A DNA stretch of 64,000 nucleotides from the human T2T-CHM13v2.0 reference genome, Homo sapiens: NCBI RefSeq assembly GCF_009914755.1, contig NC_060932.1. One strand, given 5' to 3'. The notes beneath the pieces are model-generated. The model was not told the origin of the DNA and made no database searches. It worked only from the letters and a program-made list of their open reading frames with translations. The stretch's first letter is position 1; every line of letters starts with the position of its first letter. Shown here one piece after another: positions 44,164 through 59,825 of the stretch. The position numbers and the translations under genes are program-made.

Positions 44164-45679
44164 ATAGTGATGATACAGGACTAAGCATGTTTTACAATTA
44201 AGGCAATAAACATAGAGCCTGGGACTTCTCTGGAATTATAAGCCGGAAAATTCTCCCTTCTACTAGGTATATTAAAATGGTAAGGTGTACACCTAAAGCT
44301 GTCTCTAGATAAAGAAAGCCTATCTGAGAATAAAGGCAGTAGAAAGAAAAGCATAACTAAAAGACAGAAAGAGAGGCCAAGTTTGAAAGAAATTGTTCAG
44401 AATTCTAAGATTCAGCCTTGTCTGAAGTTGCTACTCCATCCCTGGGATTTCTATGAGCCTTTTTCCTCCATTAATCTTTAAGCCGATTTGACATGGTTTC
44501 CTTAAATGCCATTCTGCCTTGTATTCCCTCTCTCATCTTCCTCATGGAACACCATATTTAAATGGCACACTTTAATATCTCTTTCTCCAAATAGACTATG
44601 AACTCCTGTTAGGCAGAGACAATATTCATCTATAATCTACAAGTGCTTAATAAAGCTTCTGCTTCATAAAACACGCTCAATAAGTGTGGGGAAAAATGGG
44701 GGAAGGAGATAAGGGAAAGGACAGAAGGATCTCCATAGAGTTCAATTTTTAGAGAAAAAGTCATTTCTCCCGTTAGTCTCCTCTCCCAGCAGAGATCAAC
44801 GAAGGAAATCAAGAATTGCACTTTGTATTTTCCAACTGCCCACACTGCCCTCACACAAAAGCTGATAATGTGCCATAAATTTTACTGATGGGAGTAATAT
44901 TATATATTCCATCTAATCGTCAGAACATATGCTGGATGATGCGTCCTCAATATTTTTGATTCAGAAATCATGGACATTGTACTTACTCATTGGCAAAAAC
45001 ATTACACTCACCAAGTAATAAATCTTATCTGTCAGTAGAGCCCACAGGCCAATGCATTTCAGGATGTCATGAAATCCCTGCTGTATTGACCCCAAAGTGT
45101 AGGATTCCTGAGAGTAGTGACAGGCAAGCTGAAATCACTTGAGCTTGTAGAAGTCAGAGGAATGATTAAAAGCTTGGTACCGAAGCTGAAGTAAAATGTA
45201 ACTAATGGAGAAAAAAAATGCTTGCTTTCAAATATAGTTACTGAAAGAGGCTAAATTAAAATGTCAGATGCAATAGCAGAGATAACATTCTCCTTAGTTA
45301 AAATAAAATAACGCATAGAAACCATCCTAGTTATTTGCTAAGATATTCTGTTTTTTTTATTGATCTTTATATTGATCTGCTAGAACAGACCTTGAAGGCA
45401 GGCCAATCCTACTTTAAATGTATCTTCAATTCTCTGCAAGACAGGCATTTCTATGAGAAGGAAGAGCTGTTCTTATATTATCAGCTTTATTATTGTGTTA
45501 GCAAACATTTATAAACATGGTCACAGTGAATATTAAAGCTCACAATTGGAAAAAAAACATGAGTTGAACAGGTTGCAGAAAGTAAATTTGGGCAATTAGC
45601 ATATAGGTTTTTTATTTGCTTCCTTATTATTTAAGGAATTATTAATTAGAAATATTATAGGAAACTAAAACTATCATAT

Positions 45680-45915
45680 AGCTAGTGGTTAGATGATTGG
45701 GCCTTAGAGCTACCCTGTGTGTCTGAAGCCCAGTTCCATTACTATGGGACCTGGGGCAGGCCATGAAACTACTCTGACCCTCAGATTTCCCAGCTTTAAG
45801 ATAAGAGAGGAGATCACAGCACTTACTTCATGGGGTTATGGTAAGGGTGAAACATGCTAATACATGTCAAGTTCTTGGACTATTTCCTGGCCCCAAACAG
45901 GTACTGAATAAATGT
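45680..45915 (+). mobile_element. MIR
   Basis: gacctggggcagg...ctctgaccctcagatttcccagctttaag...cttacttcatggggtt...gtactgaataaatgt. Confidence 0.7.
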
Positions 45916-46387
45916 GAGTTCTTCCTGTGTTCTCTGATTATATCTATATCTGTTCGTCAGTATATGTAGTTATTGCCCTCTCATTATAAATGTTTATCAT
46001 ATATATTACGTACATATGATAAACATATATATATATACAAACCCTATATTATAAAAATCCTATATTATTTTGGAAAGACATGTTAAAACTCTTTTATTAC
46101 TCTCCTCAGACGAACAGGAACCAGAGGCAAAATACAAACCTTGTAAGGATGGGAAAGTCTAACTTGTTCAGCCTATTGAAGCATTCTCCTACTATCCATC
46201 TTTTAAAGAATCCTGAAAATTAATGAATGTACTGACCTTCCTGTGGTTTTATTATGCATTTCTGACAGCCACTGGCCGATTGAAGAGTACAGTCTCTGGA
46301 ACCAGTGACCAGGTCCAAAAATCACCTTGGTGATTGTGCTTCAACGAATAAATTTTGAGAGACACAAACATTCAGATGACAGCACCT

Positions 46388-46520
46388 ACCTGTGCTTCAG
46401 TTTTCACATCTATAAAATGGAGACATTTAAGAATTCCTACCTCATAGCATTGTTGTGAGAATTTAGTGAGTTAACTTATAAACATAGACATTGCTCAGTG
46501 CATAATAAGAACAAATTAAG
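46388..46520 (+). mobile_element. MIR
   Basis: ctgtgcttcagttttcacatctataaaatggag...cctacctcatagcattgttgtgagaattt. Confidence 0.75.
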
Positions 46521-49179
46521 TCATAATTTTAAATACATGCTTATTAACATCACAATATACAGTTCCTTCCTTATCTCTAATTTGAACATTGGATGACTGA
46601 TAATACCACATGTCAGTAAATCTGTGATACTAACAATCTCTCATCATATACAGCCTCCCATATCTTTAAAAATAGGGTGACATTTAAGCAATTTCCAATT
46701 TTCAGTGTATACTAAGAAAAAAATCATAAGTTTCCGACCAGCCCAAAGTAGCCCTTAATTCCATTTACACGGCTAATGGCTTTTAAATAAGCCATTAAAT
46801 GCCATTTGCTGGTATTGTCCTCCATCAGCAGTGAAGCCATAACTCCGTGCTTCAGTGGCAAATTGAAATCCTCTTATCAGAATTGTACAATTTACAGATA
46901 GCAGAGAGGTAAACAAGAACAGTTACCAATGGTTAAAATAAAATCTGTGCTAACATTAATGGAGCCCAAATAGTCAATTCTGTAGACTTTTCTCACTTTC
47001 TCCCTTCCAGCCCTCTCCCCAATACGCTAATGTGAGGTTTTTCCTAGTCAAAGAGAAGCACAAATGATTAACATTTTGCTTCAGCTTTCAGTTGCCATGG
47101 ATATTTTTTTTCTTTGTGATACAACAAAGCATGGGAAATATATTGATTTGTCTCACTCATGAAATAGGAAGAATTTTGCTGAAACTGCGGATAACCTCAC
47201 TTTTATGAGAAAAAGAATTGAGTCAGCTCCACTATTTAGGTCAGAAAAAATTAACCATCAGGAATCATATAGGAGCTTAGGATGTGTGACTGACTGCTTT
47301 ACATGCAGATTTGAAGAGGCAGGCATTAAAATCTAAATCAATAATTAACTTAGTTCTTTAGGCTGTGTTTCATGATTAGTTTATCTTAAAAGGCATCATT
47401 AGAATCAGGAATATGTGGATGGTTGAAAATGAGAATTAAACCAAGTAGTTATTAAATTCATAAAAAACTAGCAGGATACAATGAAAGAACTTTCAAATAC
47501 ACTATTTTATACATTTGGAACACTGACAGAAAGTTTCATTGTTAGCTTGTCAGAAAAGCATGTTCATTCCTAAAAAGAAATATTATTTCCTGGTATTCAA
47601 GCACTCACATGTATTTAAAACGACTGATTTTCCTAAATGAATGGAAGAAGTCTCTGTTGAGGAGCAATTAGTAAAGACAATGAAATTATTTCCAACCACC
47701 TTGTAATTATTTTGTTCAGTTCTGCTTCCAATACCCTATTCTCCATCTTCTTTTTTTATAACATTATGAAGAAACAGGTGAAAATGGTGCTGGGATAAGC
47801 TATGTTCAAATGACTGGGAATACACTTAAAGTAATTTTCTACACTAGTATTTTGCCAGAGCACATTTCATTAAAACTCATATTTTATTTTAGGCATGGCA
47901 AATATTTTAACTGGAATGGAAATTTCTAGAAGCCAGAGTGCCTGCACAACTCAGGGAAGTGAGGGAAAGCCAGCATTACTGGGGATGGCTTCCTTTTCTG
48001 GCTCTCATTTGATTTGGTTGCAATCTGAGGCAGGCCCTGAGAGTAGGACAATACTGCTCCTCAATGAAAAAGCCGATTGAGGAGAAGCGATGATGGTAGA
48101 GAATCGAGCCATGGCCAACAGCTTGCAGAGCTGCTAGTTATAGTTTCAGTAGGTTCAAATCCACACTTGGTGATCTGAGCCTAGTTGTTGCTCTGTTTGG
48201 AAGGTCTGCTATTTCAGGGACTCAATGCTCAGTTGTCTGAAACTTACAATCAGACGTTCCCTTCTTCAGAGCCAACAAATTCCAAAAGTACCACTGATTT
48301 GTCCATAGAGCGGAATAAGGAACCATGACAAACCTCAAATACAATCTTATTGTATAATACTTTCATTTTTTAAAATACTTGCCTGCAATTCCTCTTCATT
48401 TTTAGCATATTTTGGTGACAGGAAAAAAAATGTTGTAATGGCCATGAAAGTACTGTGCTTTACCATCCTGCCCAAGTACATCTGCTCTTCTCTACGTAGA
48501 AAATCGTAAGAGTAAGGAAGAAAGACTTTCAACCCCACTCTACAAACACCACTACTGACGTCCCTGTAACAGACAGCTGTTGTTACACATAGAAGCAAAT
48601 AAGGCAGCCCAGGATTAATAAGCAGGAAAAGATTTTTAATCCCCATATTATAATGTCTTTCTTCTGCTCTCCTATTCTTCAATCTCCAAAGCAACTCATG
48701 TTCCATAATGCACAACAGGAAGGAAAGTTTTTGGTCTTTGCTTTCTATATGCATGAGTTCCCTCTAACACCCAAAGCCTATTTATCTCATATGCAATTAA
48801 GCCACAGTATCTAACCACATCAGCCTCCTAGGGTCGCTAGTAGTATGCTTTGGAGATTCCAAATTATTTAATAATATTTGATTAGGAACTTGGAATAATG
48901 TTTCTTCTTCCTTTACTTTTTGTCTCTACATGAAGGTTATCAAAAATATAACTTCTAAACTTTCAACAGACCTTACATAGTTTCCCTTTTCTCCTCATTC
49001 CTAACTGGACCATCCTTAGCACCCCAAGCCTCTGATACTCTTGTCTTGATCTTGTCTTGGTACTCTTGATCTGTCTCGAGGTTTTTCTGCATCCACTCTG
49101 TTTGTGTACTAATGCCAGGAGAAAGCTTCTAGACTACCACATTCAGTATTTCACTTTTCTATTAAAATAAAAATTTATA

Positions 49180-49499
49180 GGCCGGGCGCGGTGGCTCACG
49201 CCTGTAATCCCAGCACTTTGGGAGGCCGAAGTGGGCGGATCACGAGGTCAGGAGATCGAGACCAGAGACCATCCTGGGTAACATGGTGAAACCCCGTCTC
49301 TACTAAAAATACAAAAAATTAGCCAGTCATGGTGGTGGGCACCTGTAGTCCCAGCTACTCAGGAGGCTGAGGCAGGAGAATGGCATGAACCCAGGAGGCG
49401 GAGCTTGCACTGAGCCGAGATTGCGCCACCGTATTCCAGCCCGGTCGACAGAGCGAGACTCTGTCCTAAAAAAAATAAAAAAAAATAAAATAAATAAAT
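49180..49499 (+). mobile_element. AluY with a 7-bp internal duplication (GAGACCA x2 at 49258-49271)
   Basis: GGCCGGGCGCGGTGGCTCACG start; Y diagnostics GGAGAATGGC and GGAGCTTGC; TSD AAATAAAAATTTAT at 49165-49178 and 49500-49513. Confidence 0.93.
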
Positions 49500-49589
49500 A
49501 AATAAAAATTTATTTTCTTCTACATCAATTGTAATCCTTTAACTTGGTTTGATAGTCCACCAAAATCTGTCCCTATCTCTGACACCAGA

Positions 49590-49602
49590 CTCTCTATCTC
49601 TT

Positions 49603-49650
<48 letters not shown>
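49590..49650. repeat. (TC)n(CA)n compound microsatellite
   Basis: Directly visible. Confidence 0.92.
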
Positions 49651-49652
<2 letters not shown>

Positions 49653-52531
49653 TTCTTACCCAGTATTCCATTGTTCCCTTACTCCGTATATTTCTTAGTA
49701 GGTCTTTTCTTCACCTCGAACACACAGTAGTTAGTTCTATATTTATATCTCCACATCTTTTTTTCATTTTGTTTCCTCTATCCCCTTCTCTAAACTTTCT
49801 GCTTAACCATTCTTCTAGTTCTTCTAGCTAGTCTTCAAGACTCAATTCCTCTGCAAATATTATTTAACTTCCTCAGTTCACCTCAGTTCACCTCTTCTCT
49901 TCAGCAAGTGTCAGTAGCTTATAGGCCAGGATATAATTGTTTTCCAATTGTTTCGTGTGGATCTAACGTGCGTTTTTATTTTAATTGAGAAAGCCTAGAT
50001 TCATTCATTTATTCATTCAGCATTTGATGCCAAGCACTTGTCAGGCATTGTGCAAGGAATGAAAACAGTGGTTCCTAAAAGAACATAGTTGAGGTAACAT
50101 ATGCAAGGCATGCCATCTTCCACTGTTGCATCTGTAGCAGGTATTGCTAATTGATCTTAGCATCCTTTCCCACTAAGCCTGAAGATGGCTTCAGAATCTT
50201 CAAACCCATTATTATCAATCAATTTGACTAAGAAGGAAGTTGAAATCTATTTGATATTCCTGATCAATAATTTAAATAGAAATGTATATGTGATTGTATG
50301 TGTGTATGTATAAAATCAGTCTCAATTCAGTTTTTCAAAAAGTGGGATCAGATTTTACTTTTTAGTTTTATATCCAGTAAAATACTTGGAGAGTTTCAAT
50401 AAAGATGTGAGAATAGTTTACCAAAATGGAAAACAAAGTTTATGTTAATATTCAGGCCTCACATTGTCTACAGCAAAATATGACTTATTCACACTGAGAG
50501 TATAATAAGGACCAGTAGTTCCACATTGATTTATTTCTTCAACCACATTCAGAGATACAGAGCAACATAATTAGCAGCAGTGTCTTCAGACAAAAAGAAA
50601 ATCAACTAGGAATCTTTTAGAATTTTTTTTTATAATGTCCTATCCAATAGACTGTATCTACTATAGAGAAACATAAGTGCACCCTTTCATAATATATATT
50701 GACTAATATTGAAAATGCTACAGAACTTGAAACAGAACCACAACAAACAAACAAATATAATAAAATTATATTACAGTATAATTAAAGAGTAGAAAATGTT
50801 GCTAGTTGAATTCTCAAACAGCAACCTTTTGAATGTGGTTTGTGTGCATATATGAGTTTGTATCAGAGATGAAGCTAAGAAAAAACATGAAGGAAAAAAA
50901 GAGAGCAGGTTGGCAACAGGCACTGGCTGTATATTTGGAGAAAAGAATAATTGGCAACAATATTTCAGAGGCATTGTAGTACACAGGTTCAAGAAGGTTA
51001 TAGTCTAGCATAGTTAAAACAATCAGTAGGTGGTTTTAAGAACTGCTACATAATAGGTATGTCTTTCCACATAAATATCTTGAATTCTTTAAATGACAGA
51101 TGTTTCCTCTATAAAAAGATTAATAAAAAAGCATATGCTTGGCTAGATTTAGTTCTACAAACTATTCTTTAGACTTTAATAGAAAAATAATTTTCATTAC
51201 TCATAATCTTTCTGATTGTTCTCAACCTTCTCATCGGCCTTGGGAGACTGTGAGCCTCCTACTATTAGTTGGAGTGTCATCAACCATCCAGAGTGGATGC
51301 CACAAGTGCCAAAGTAAAGCAGCCTTCTTTATACTTTATTTCAATTTGATGGGAGTATCATGGCTTCGAGACTTTTTACATAATTCTCAATTTTTATGGT
51401 TTGCACAGACATAGATGCATAATTCTGAGTAGCTGCTCTCAGTCACTGTTGTTATCTGAATATGTGATTAACTCTAATGTATGCAGAGCTTTATCCCAAC
51501 TTCTAATGTATATATGTATATCCACATAGATCCAAGAGAATGCATTGTACCCAGTAAGTACTTAACATAAATCTGTGGAAAGTGAAGGTATATAGCCACT
51601 TACTTTTTATTGCTTTGCTTTAAAATCAAGACATAAAAATATAGCACCAAAATTCACCTTTAAAATAAATATTATAATGCTACTTATCTGTAATAATCTG
51701 GTCTCATTCTAAAATTATATGGACAGCAAATGTAGCTATGTCTTTTTTGCTTATAATAACTATTAATCACAAGTACATAAATGAGTAAATTAAATATTTT
51801 ACTCATTTTTCTCTTTATTTTGGTATTTTAACACTGCAAAGAAGTGAGGTGGAAATGGAGAAGAGCCTTAAAAGTTACAGCCACAGACAATTTTAATATC
51901 TCATTTTTTTTCCTTGGTACAGTAAAAACTGACCCACTTTGAAGCTTCTGGAACATCAAAATGCTATTGCAATGTTCTAACCAAGAGGCTTCATAAAACT
52001 AAGTGATTGCAGCACTTCATAATTGAAGTATTTCATGTGAATTTATTGCTGTTTCAGTTTCAGCTCTCAGCTTCGTTGCTATTTTTTTCCAAGTACCCTC
52101 TAGTATAAAAGAAAGAAGAGTTCTATAAGCAAAGGGGTTGGGGGTTTACAAATTGTTGGAAAAAGTGAAAGGAAACGATAGGTTTTTTTTTCAGTCTTCT
52201 TAACATTTGAATATTTGGAGACTAAATAAGTTAGCAGAAATCTTTACTTCAAATGAGAAAACGCTTAGGAACTTAGATTAAGGTAATAAGACTGATGGAA
52301 ACCTTCTGAAGCTCACTTATTAAATCCCAGGTAATGCAAGCTTAAAAGAAAAGATAGCCTAACTCTGAATTTTATATGAGGGAGAATACTTTTGAAATAA
52401 AATGTCCTTCAATTATCAATTATTATTATAGAAAAGCATAAAACTTAAAAGTCCAGATTACTATGTGGTTCTGTTATTTACTAACTTTATAACCTTGGGC
52501 CAATCACTCCATTCCCTGACACTATTTTCTT

Positions 52532-53331
52532 TTTTTTTTAATTATACCTTAAGTTTTAGGGTACATGTGCACAACGTACAGGTTTGTTACATATGTATAC
52601 ATGTGCCATGTTGGTGTGCTGCACCCATTAACTCATCATTTACATTAGGTATATCTCCTAATGCTATCCCTCCCCCCTCCCCCCACCCCACAACAGGCCC
52701 TGGAGTGTGATGTTCCCCTTCCTGTGTCCAAGTGTCCTCATTGTTCAATTCCCACCTATGAGTGAGAGCATGCGGTGTTTGGTTTTTTGTCCTCGCGATA
52801 GTTTGCTGAAAATGGTGGTTTCCAGCTTCATCCATGTCCCTACAAAGGACATGAACTCATCATTTTTTATGGCTGCATAGTATTCCATGGTGTATATGTG
52901 CCACATTTTCTTAATCCAGTCTATCATTGTTGGACATTTGGGTTGGTTCCAAGTCTTTGCTATTGTGAATAGTGCCGCAATAAACATACGTGTGCATGTG
53001 TCTTTATAGCAGCATGATTTATAATCCTTTGGGTATATACCCAGTAATATTGCTTTGCTTTAAAATCAAGACATAAAAATATAGCTGGGTCAAATGGTAT
53101 TTCTAGTTCTAGATCCCTGAGGAATCGCCACACTGACTTCCACAATGGTTGAACTAGTTTACAGTCCCACCAACAGTGTAAAAGTGTTCCTGTTTCTCCA
53201 CATCCTCTCCAGCACGTGTTGTTTCCTGACTTTTTAATGATTGCCATTCTAACTGGTGTGAGATGGTATCTCATTGTGGTTTTGATTTGCATTTCTCTGA
53301 TGGCCAGTGATGATGAGCATTTTTTCATGTG
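52532..53331 (-). mobile_element. L1PA (about L1PA4-5), 5'-truncated, inserted in a MIR and carrying a non-L1 insert
   Basis: 18-bp TSD CCCTGACACTATTTTCTT at 52514-52531 and 53332-53349; antisense 3' UTR and ORF2 C-terminus. Confidence 0.95.
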
Positions 53332-55796
53332 CCCTGACACTATTTTCTTACCATAAAGTAGGGAAGATCATACCTTCTGAATTGACTTCATAGGATCAAG
53401 TAAAGACAGAAGGAGATAAGGTGTGTGAAAACACTTGGAAAACATGAAAAGTTGTATTGAAGCATAAGACTTAGTTAATATTATTATATTGGTCATCACA
53501 AGCCGAACCAAGTGGCAAATATTTGACAATGACATTAACCACAGTGTAGTAATCTGTCATTTTAAAGATGGCACAAAGATAGAGACAAGAAAGAAAAAGA
53601 AAGCACGCATACAATTTGCAACAGTATCCAATCAGTAATATTTTGAAGTCAGCCTTTTGACATATTCAAAGTAACACCAAGACCTATCTCACAGTAGTCC
53701 AAAGAAGGTGAATAGTTCATATTTTCCAACAGTATATAAGAATATTATGACTGAGATTCTCTTCTATTTGAAAAAATAATTCAGCATGGAAAATGTCAAT
53801 AGAGCTTTCATTTGCAAACAACTTCACATTTGCATGCAAATCACTTTTACACACATACACCCTACTGGCTTGACCTCACATACATTTCATAAGAAGCAAG
53901 TAAAGTCAAGAAAGTCAACCATGAGGTAAACAACATCTGTATCAATAGTGTGGTCCCAGTACACTGGCCTCTGAAAACAGAACAGAAAGAGAGATGAAAA
54001 CAATGATCAGGTGCAAAATGGAGAGAAGAGAACACTCTCACCTATCTCAAAGAATATTTCTTCATATCTTTCTTGTTGATTGTACCAGTGGGAAGCTTTT
54101 AAAAGATTGTAGAGCCCTGCTCTCGTACCCAGGTTTATTGCATCTTTGGATTGGCCAAAATTTATCAGAAACCCTGTTGAACTGGAGCCTATAAATGCAA
54201 GCTTGGACCCACATAGAATCATTAGCTTCTTGCTTTGTAGACTTTTGCATCTTTACATATACTAGTTCTCTTCTGTCCCCAGGAAGTCCATTATCATCAT
54301 GACAATGGGGTTTCTTCCTCAAATCTAAGGTGTCCTATTGATATGATAATAGTTTATGCCATCTTTTGAAGGTTAATTTATATTTTTAAAATATAGCCTT
54401 AAGAGGTCAGTGAAAAAAATCTTTAAAGGTGAATCTTCAGATAATATGATCTCCAAATGAGAATATATATTTGGGTAGGGATCTTATTTTTACAAACTAT
54501 ACAACTAATCAAATACAGATAAAAGTAATGTAATGATTACATGTAGATGATCTAGTTGCAACAATATGGTAAAATTAATGTCAAATATTGATGTCCAGAG
54601 ACTGTTAAATACTGCTGAAGTATCTCTGAATCACAAGTATCTATATGAGTATGATTAGTAGATAAACCTAAAATACACAGAGCTGAACAAAAATGAAGTC
54701 ATACAATGATAATTAACTTGCAGCACAAACTCAAGTATGCGTGCAACCACATTTCTTTATTTTTAATAAAAAAAATTAAATCTGCCTTCAAGCCAGAAAA
54801 TCAGTATCAGGCATTAATACTCTATAGCCCTTCTCACTCATATCACCTTATTCAGAACAGAAGAAGGCATCTTTTCTCACTACTCTGATAACTATTGAGA
54901 TCTTTCTGTCCCTGCCTACAGAATTCTTGACGTTTGGTGGCTCTCAGTGCCTATGCAATATTTGAAACTTTGTTCTGAGGCTATGGTTCCTGCCTCATGG
55001 CCAAGCGCACAGGTGCTCTAGAAAACCATCCTTTCTGGAGTCTTGATACCACTCTTGCATGTTGCCACAAAATAGGATGTGAATGAATACTCCTTGTAGA
55101 ATCTTCCAACCCCATCCTCCTACTAGTCTGTCAAAGTCTCTCTATTCCCTTTTGCTGTTCCCAAAGGTACTCTCTCCCTCTTTCTTTTTTCTCCTCCCAT
55201 CTCAGGAACCAAACATAAACTCGTTAGTGTCTATGAGCTTTGCTCTTGGCAAAAGTTCCCAAAACACAAAAGTATAAAAGATCTGGCAATATGCTTGGTC
55301 ATGACCATGAAGAAATAATACAGGAAGTACAACCACAGATTAAAATCTCAATACCTTAATCTTCACCAACATATTAAATGCTGCTTCCCGCCCCCCGCCC
55401 CCACCCCGCCCCACAGAGCTAAAGTTCCATCAACTCTGGATGGCTTACTTTTTTCTTTTTATGACTAAAAACTGCACCTCTAGCACTCGTTAGTGATTTG
55501 AAATAAATGCTACTTTTCTTAACTAGAATAGCACCCTTAGGGCCATGCAAGAGAGGGTCCTGCTAAAGATCCCCTGTTTTAGAGGACCCTAAATATGACA
55601 AACATACAAAACTAAATTATTACTGAATACCTATTTTACTAGGACCTGGTGCTCAGGACTGGTACACTATGACCCAGGACCCTAAAACTGCTGCCTTGAC
55701 TAATACCGTTCAGGCCCAGAGAAATGCTTCTCTATATCTTCCCTTACGTTCTTTTTTTTTTTTTTTTTTTTTTTTTGCAATTAAGATATTTTAACA

Positions 55797-55802
55797 TTTA
55801 TT
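55797..55802 (-). terminator. AATAAA polyadenylation signal of the transduced transcript
   Basis: TTTATT on the + strand, 20 nt from the start of the terminal poly(A) tract. Confidence 0.85.
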
Positions 55803-56051
55803 AATAAAAGCCTAAAGTGTTCATTGTATATCACTCTTGGATCGAATTAGGCAGATTTTAATTAAAAGATTACTACTAACAAATAACAATGATGAGATTT
55901 GCAGGGGCTAATGCTTAAACCAGGAGATTTATGCCTTATTAAAATGAATTCCTCTAGTTTACAATCATTTTCTACAAGTCAGAGCAGCACAAAGAACTGC
56001 CTAAGATCACAGAACATTTTGGATCTAAGCAGACCTTATGACCAATCTTTT

Positions 56052-56532
56052 CTTTTTATTGACACATAAGAGTTATACATATTTATGGGGCACATGTGAT
56101 ATTTTGATACATGTATATACTGTGCAATGATCAAATGAGAATAATTGGGATATTCATCACCTCAAACATTTATCATTTCTTTGTGTTGAGAACATTCCAG
56201 ATTTTTTCTTTTAGCTATTTTGAAATATACAATAAATTCTTGTTAACTATAGTTGCCCCACTCTGCTACAGAAGACTAGAACTTATTCCTTCTATCTAAC
56301 TGTATTTTTGTACCAATTAACCAACCTCTCTTTATCTCTCCCTCCGTGCTCCCCTTCCCAGCCTCTGGTAACCACTATTTTACTCACTGTCTCCATGAGA
56401 TCAATTTTTTATTATTCAGCCGTAAAAAAGAATGAGATCCTGTCATTTGCAGCAACATGAGTGGAACTGGAGGACTTTAAGTGAAATAAGCCAAGCACAG
56501 AAAGAGCAATATTGTACATTCTTACTCATATG
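56052..56532 (-). mobile_element. L1MA 3' end with 5' inversion, inside the transduced segment
   Basis: 56052-56410 antisense L1MA 3' UTR; 56411-56532 sense (tattcagccgtaaaaaagaatgagatcctgtcatttgcagcaac). Confidence 0.8.
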
Positions 56533-56864
56533 ATCATACTTTTCGGTAACTGTGAAAACTGAGATGTATAAGGGTAGCGAATATCAGCGGTGGAATTAGA
56601 TCTCAATTTCCAATTTCCCAACAATTCTGTTTGGAGGTTCTTTTATTACATCAAACAGTTGTAACAGCCCGCAAGGTCTAGGCTGAGTTTTGAAGAGAAA
56701 ATTGTTTTCTCAGAGGCAAATTTCTAGAAAACTGATAAAGTCTATAGTAACTCTCTCCAACTGGTAGAAGAAACTGATGGCATCTAGTGGAGGGAACACT
56801 CAGAGTATGCTAAAGGCTTGAAAGATTAAAGAAACAATGGCTTCTAAATTATGCTGATAACCTA

Positions 56865-56903
56865 TTAGTTGGTGCAAAAATAATTACTTTTGCACCAACC
56901 TAA
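56865..56903. mobile_element. Internally deleted MADE1 (Hsmar1 MITE)
   Basis: TA-TTAGTTGGTGCAAAAATAATTACTTTTGCACCAACCTAA-TA: two TIR ends with TA duplications. Confidence 0.85.
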
Positions 56904-57056
56904 TAGAAGAAATTCTCTTTATTGTTGTAATAGCGCATTGGCCATTAATAGCATTTGTGGTGAAGTTCAAGAAGGGTCAGACTGGTAAATTATAGCAAGG
57001 CTCACGTTGTGTAGGGAGTTGTTTTTTTTTTTTTTTTTTTCCTTGTTGAGGTTTGT

Positions 57057-57088
<32 letters not shown>

Positions 57089-57294
57089 TATTATACTCTA
57101 AGTTTTAGGGTACATGTGCACATTGTGCAGGTTAGTTACATATGTATACATGTGCCATGCTGGTGCGCTGCACCCACTAATGTGTCATCTAGCATTAGGT
57201 ATATCTCCCAATGCTATCCCTCCCCCCTCCCCCGACCCCACCACAGTCCCCAGAGTGTGATATTCCCCTTCCTGTGTCCATGTGATCTCATTGT

Positions 57295-59825
<2,531 letters not shown>

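Noticed and set aside
48347-48754. 135-aa minus-strand ORF in unique DNA
   Set aside because: No recognisable domain or exon structure; the length is compatible with chance.
54007-54322. Overlapping minus-strand ORFs with a possible small exon (TTTATAG|GCTCC...CTGG|GTACGA)
   Set aside because: Weak splice sites and no recognisable protein similarity.
55387-55412. C-rich run able to form a G-quadruplex on the minus strand, with GC-box-like motifs
   Set aside because: An isolated low-complexity tract with no CpG island or promoter context.
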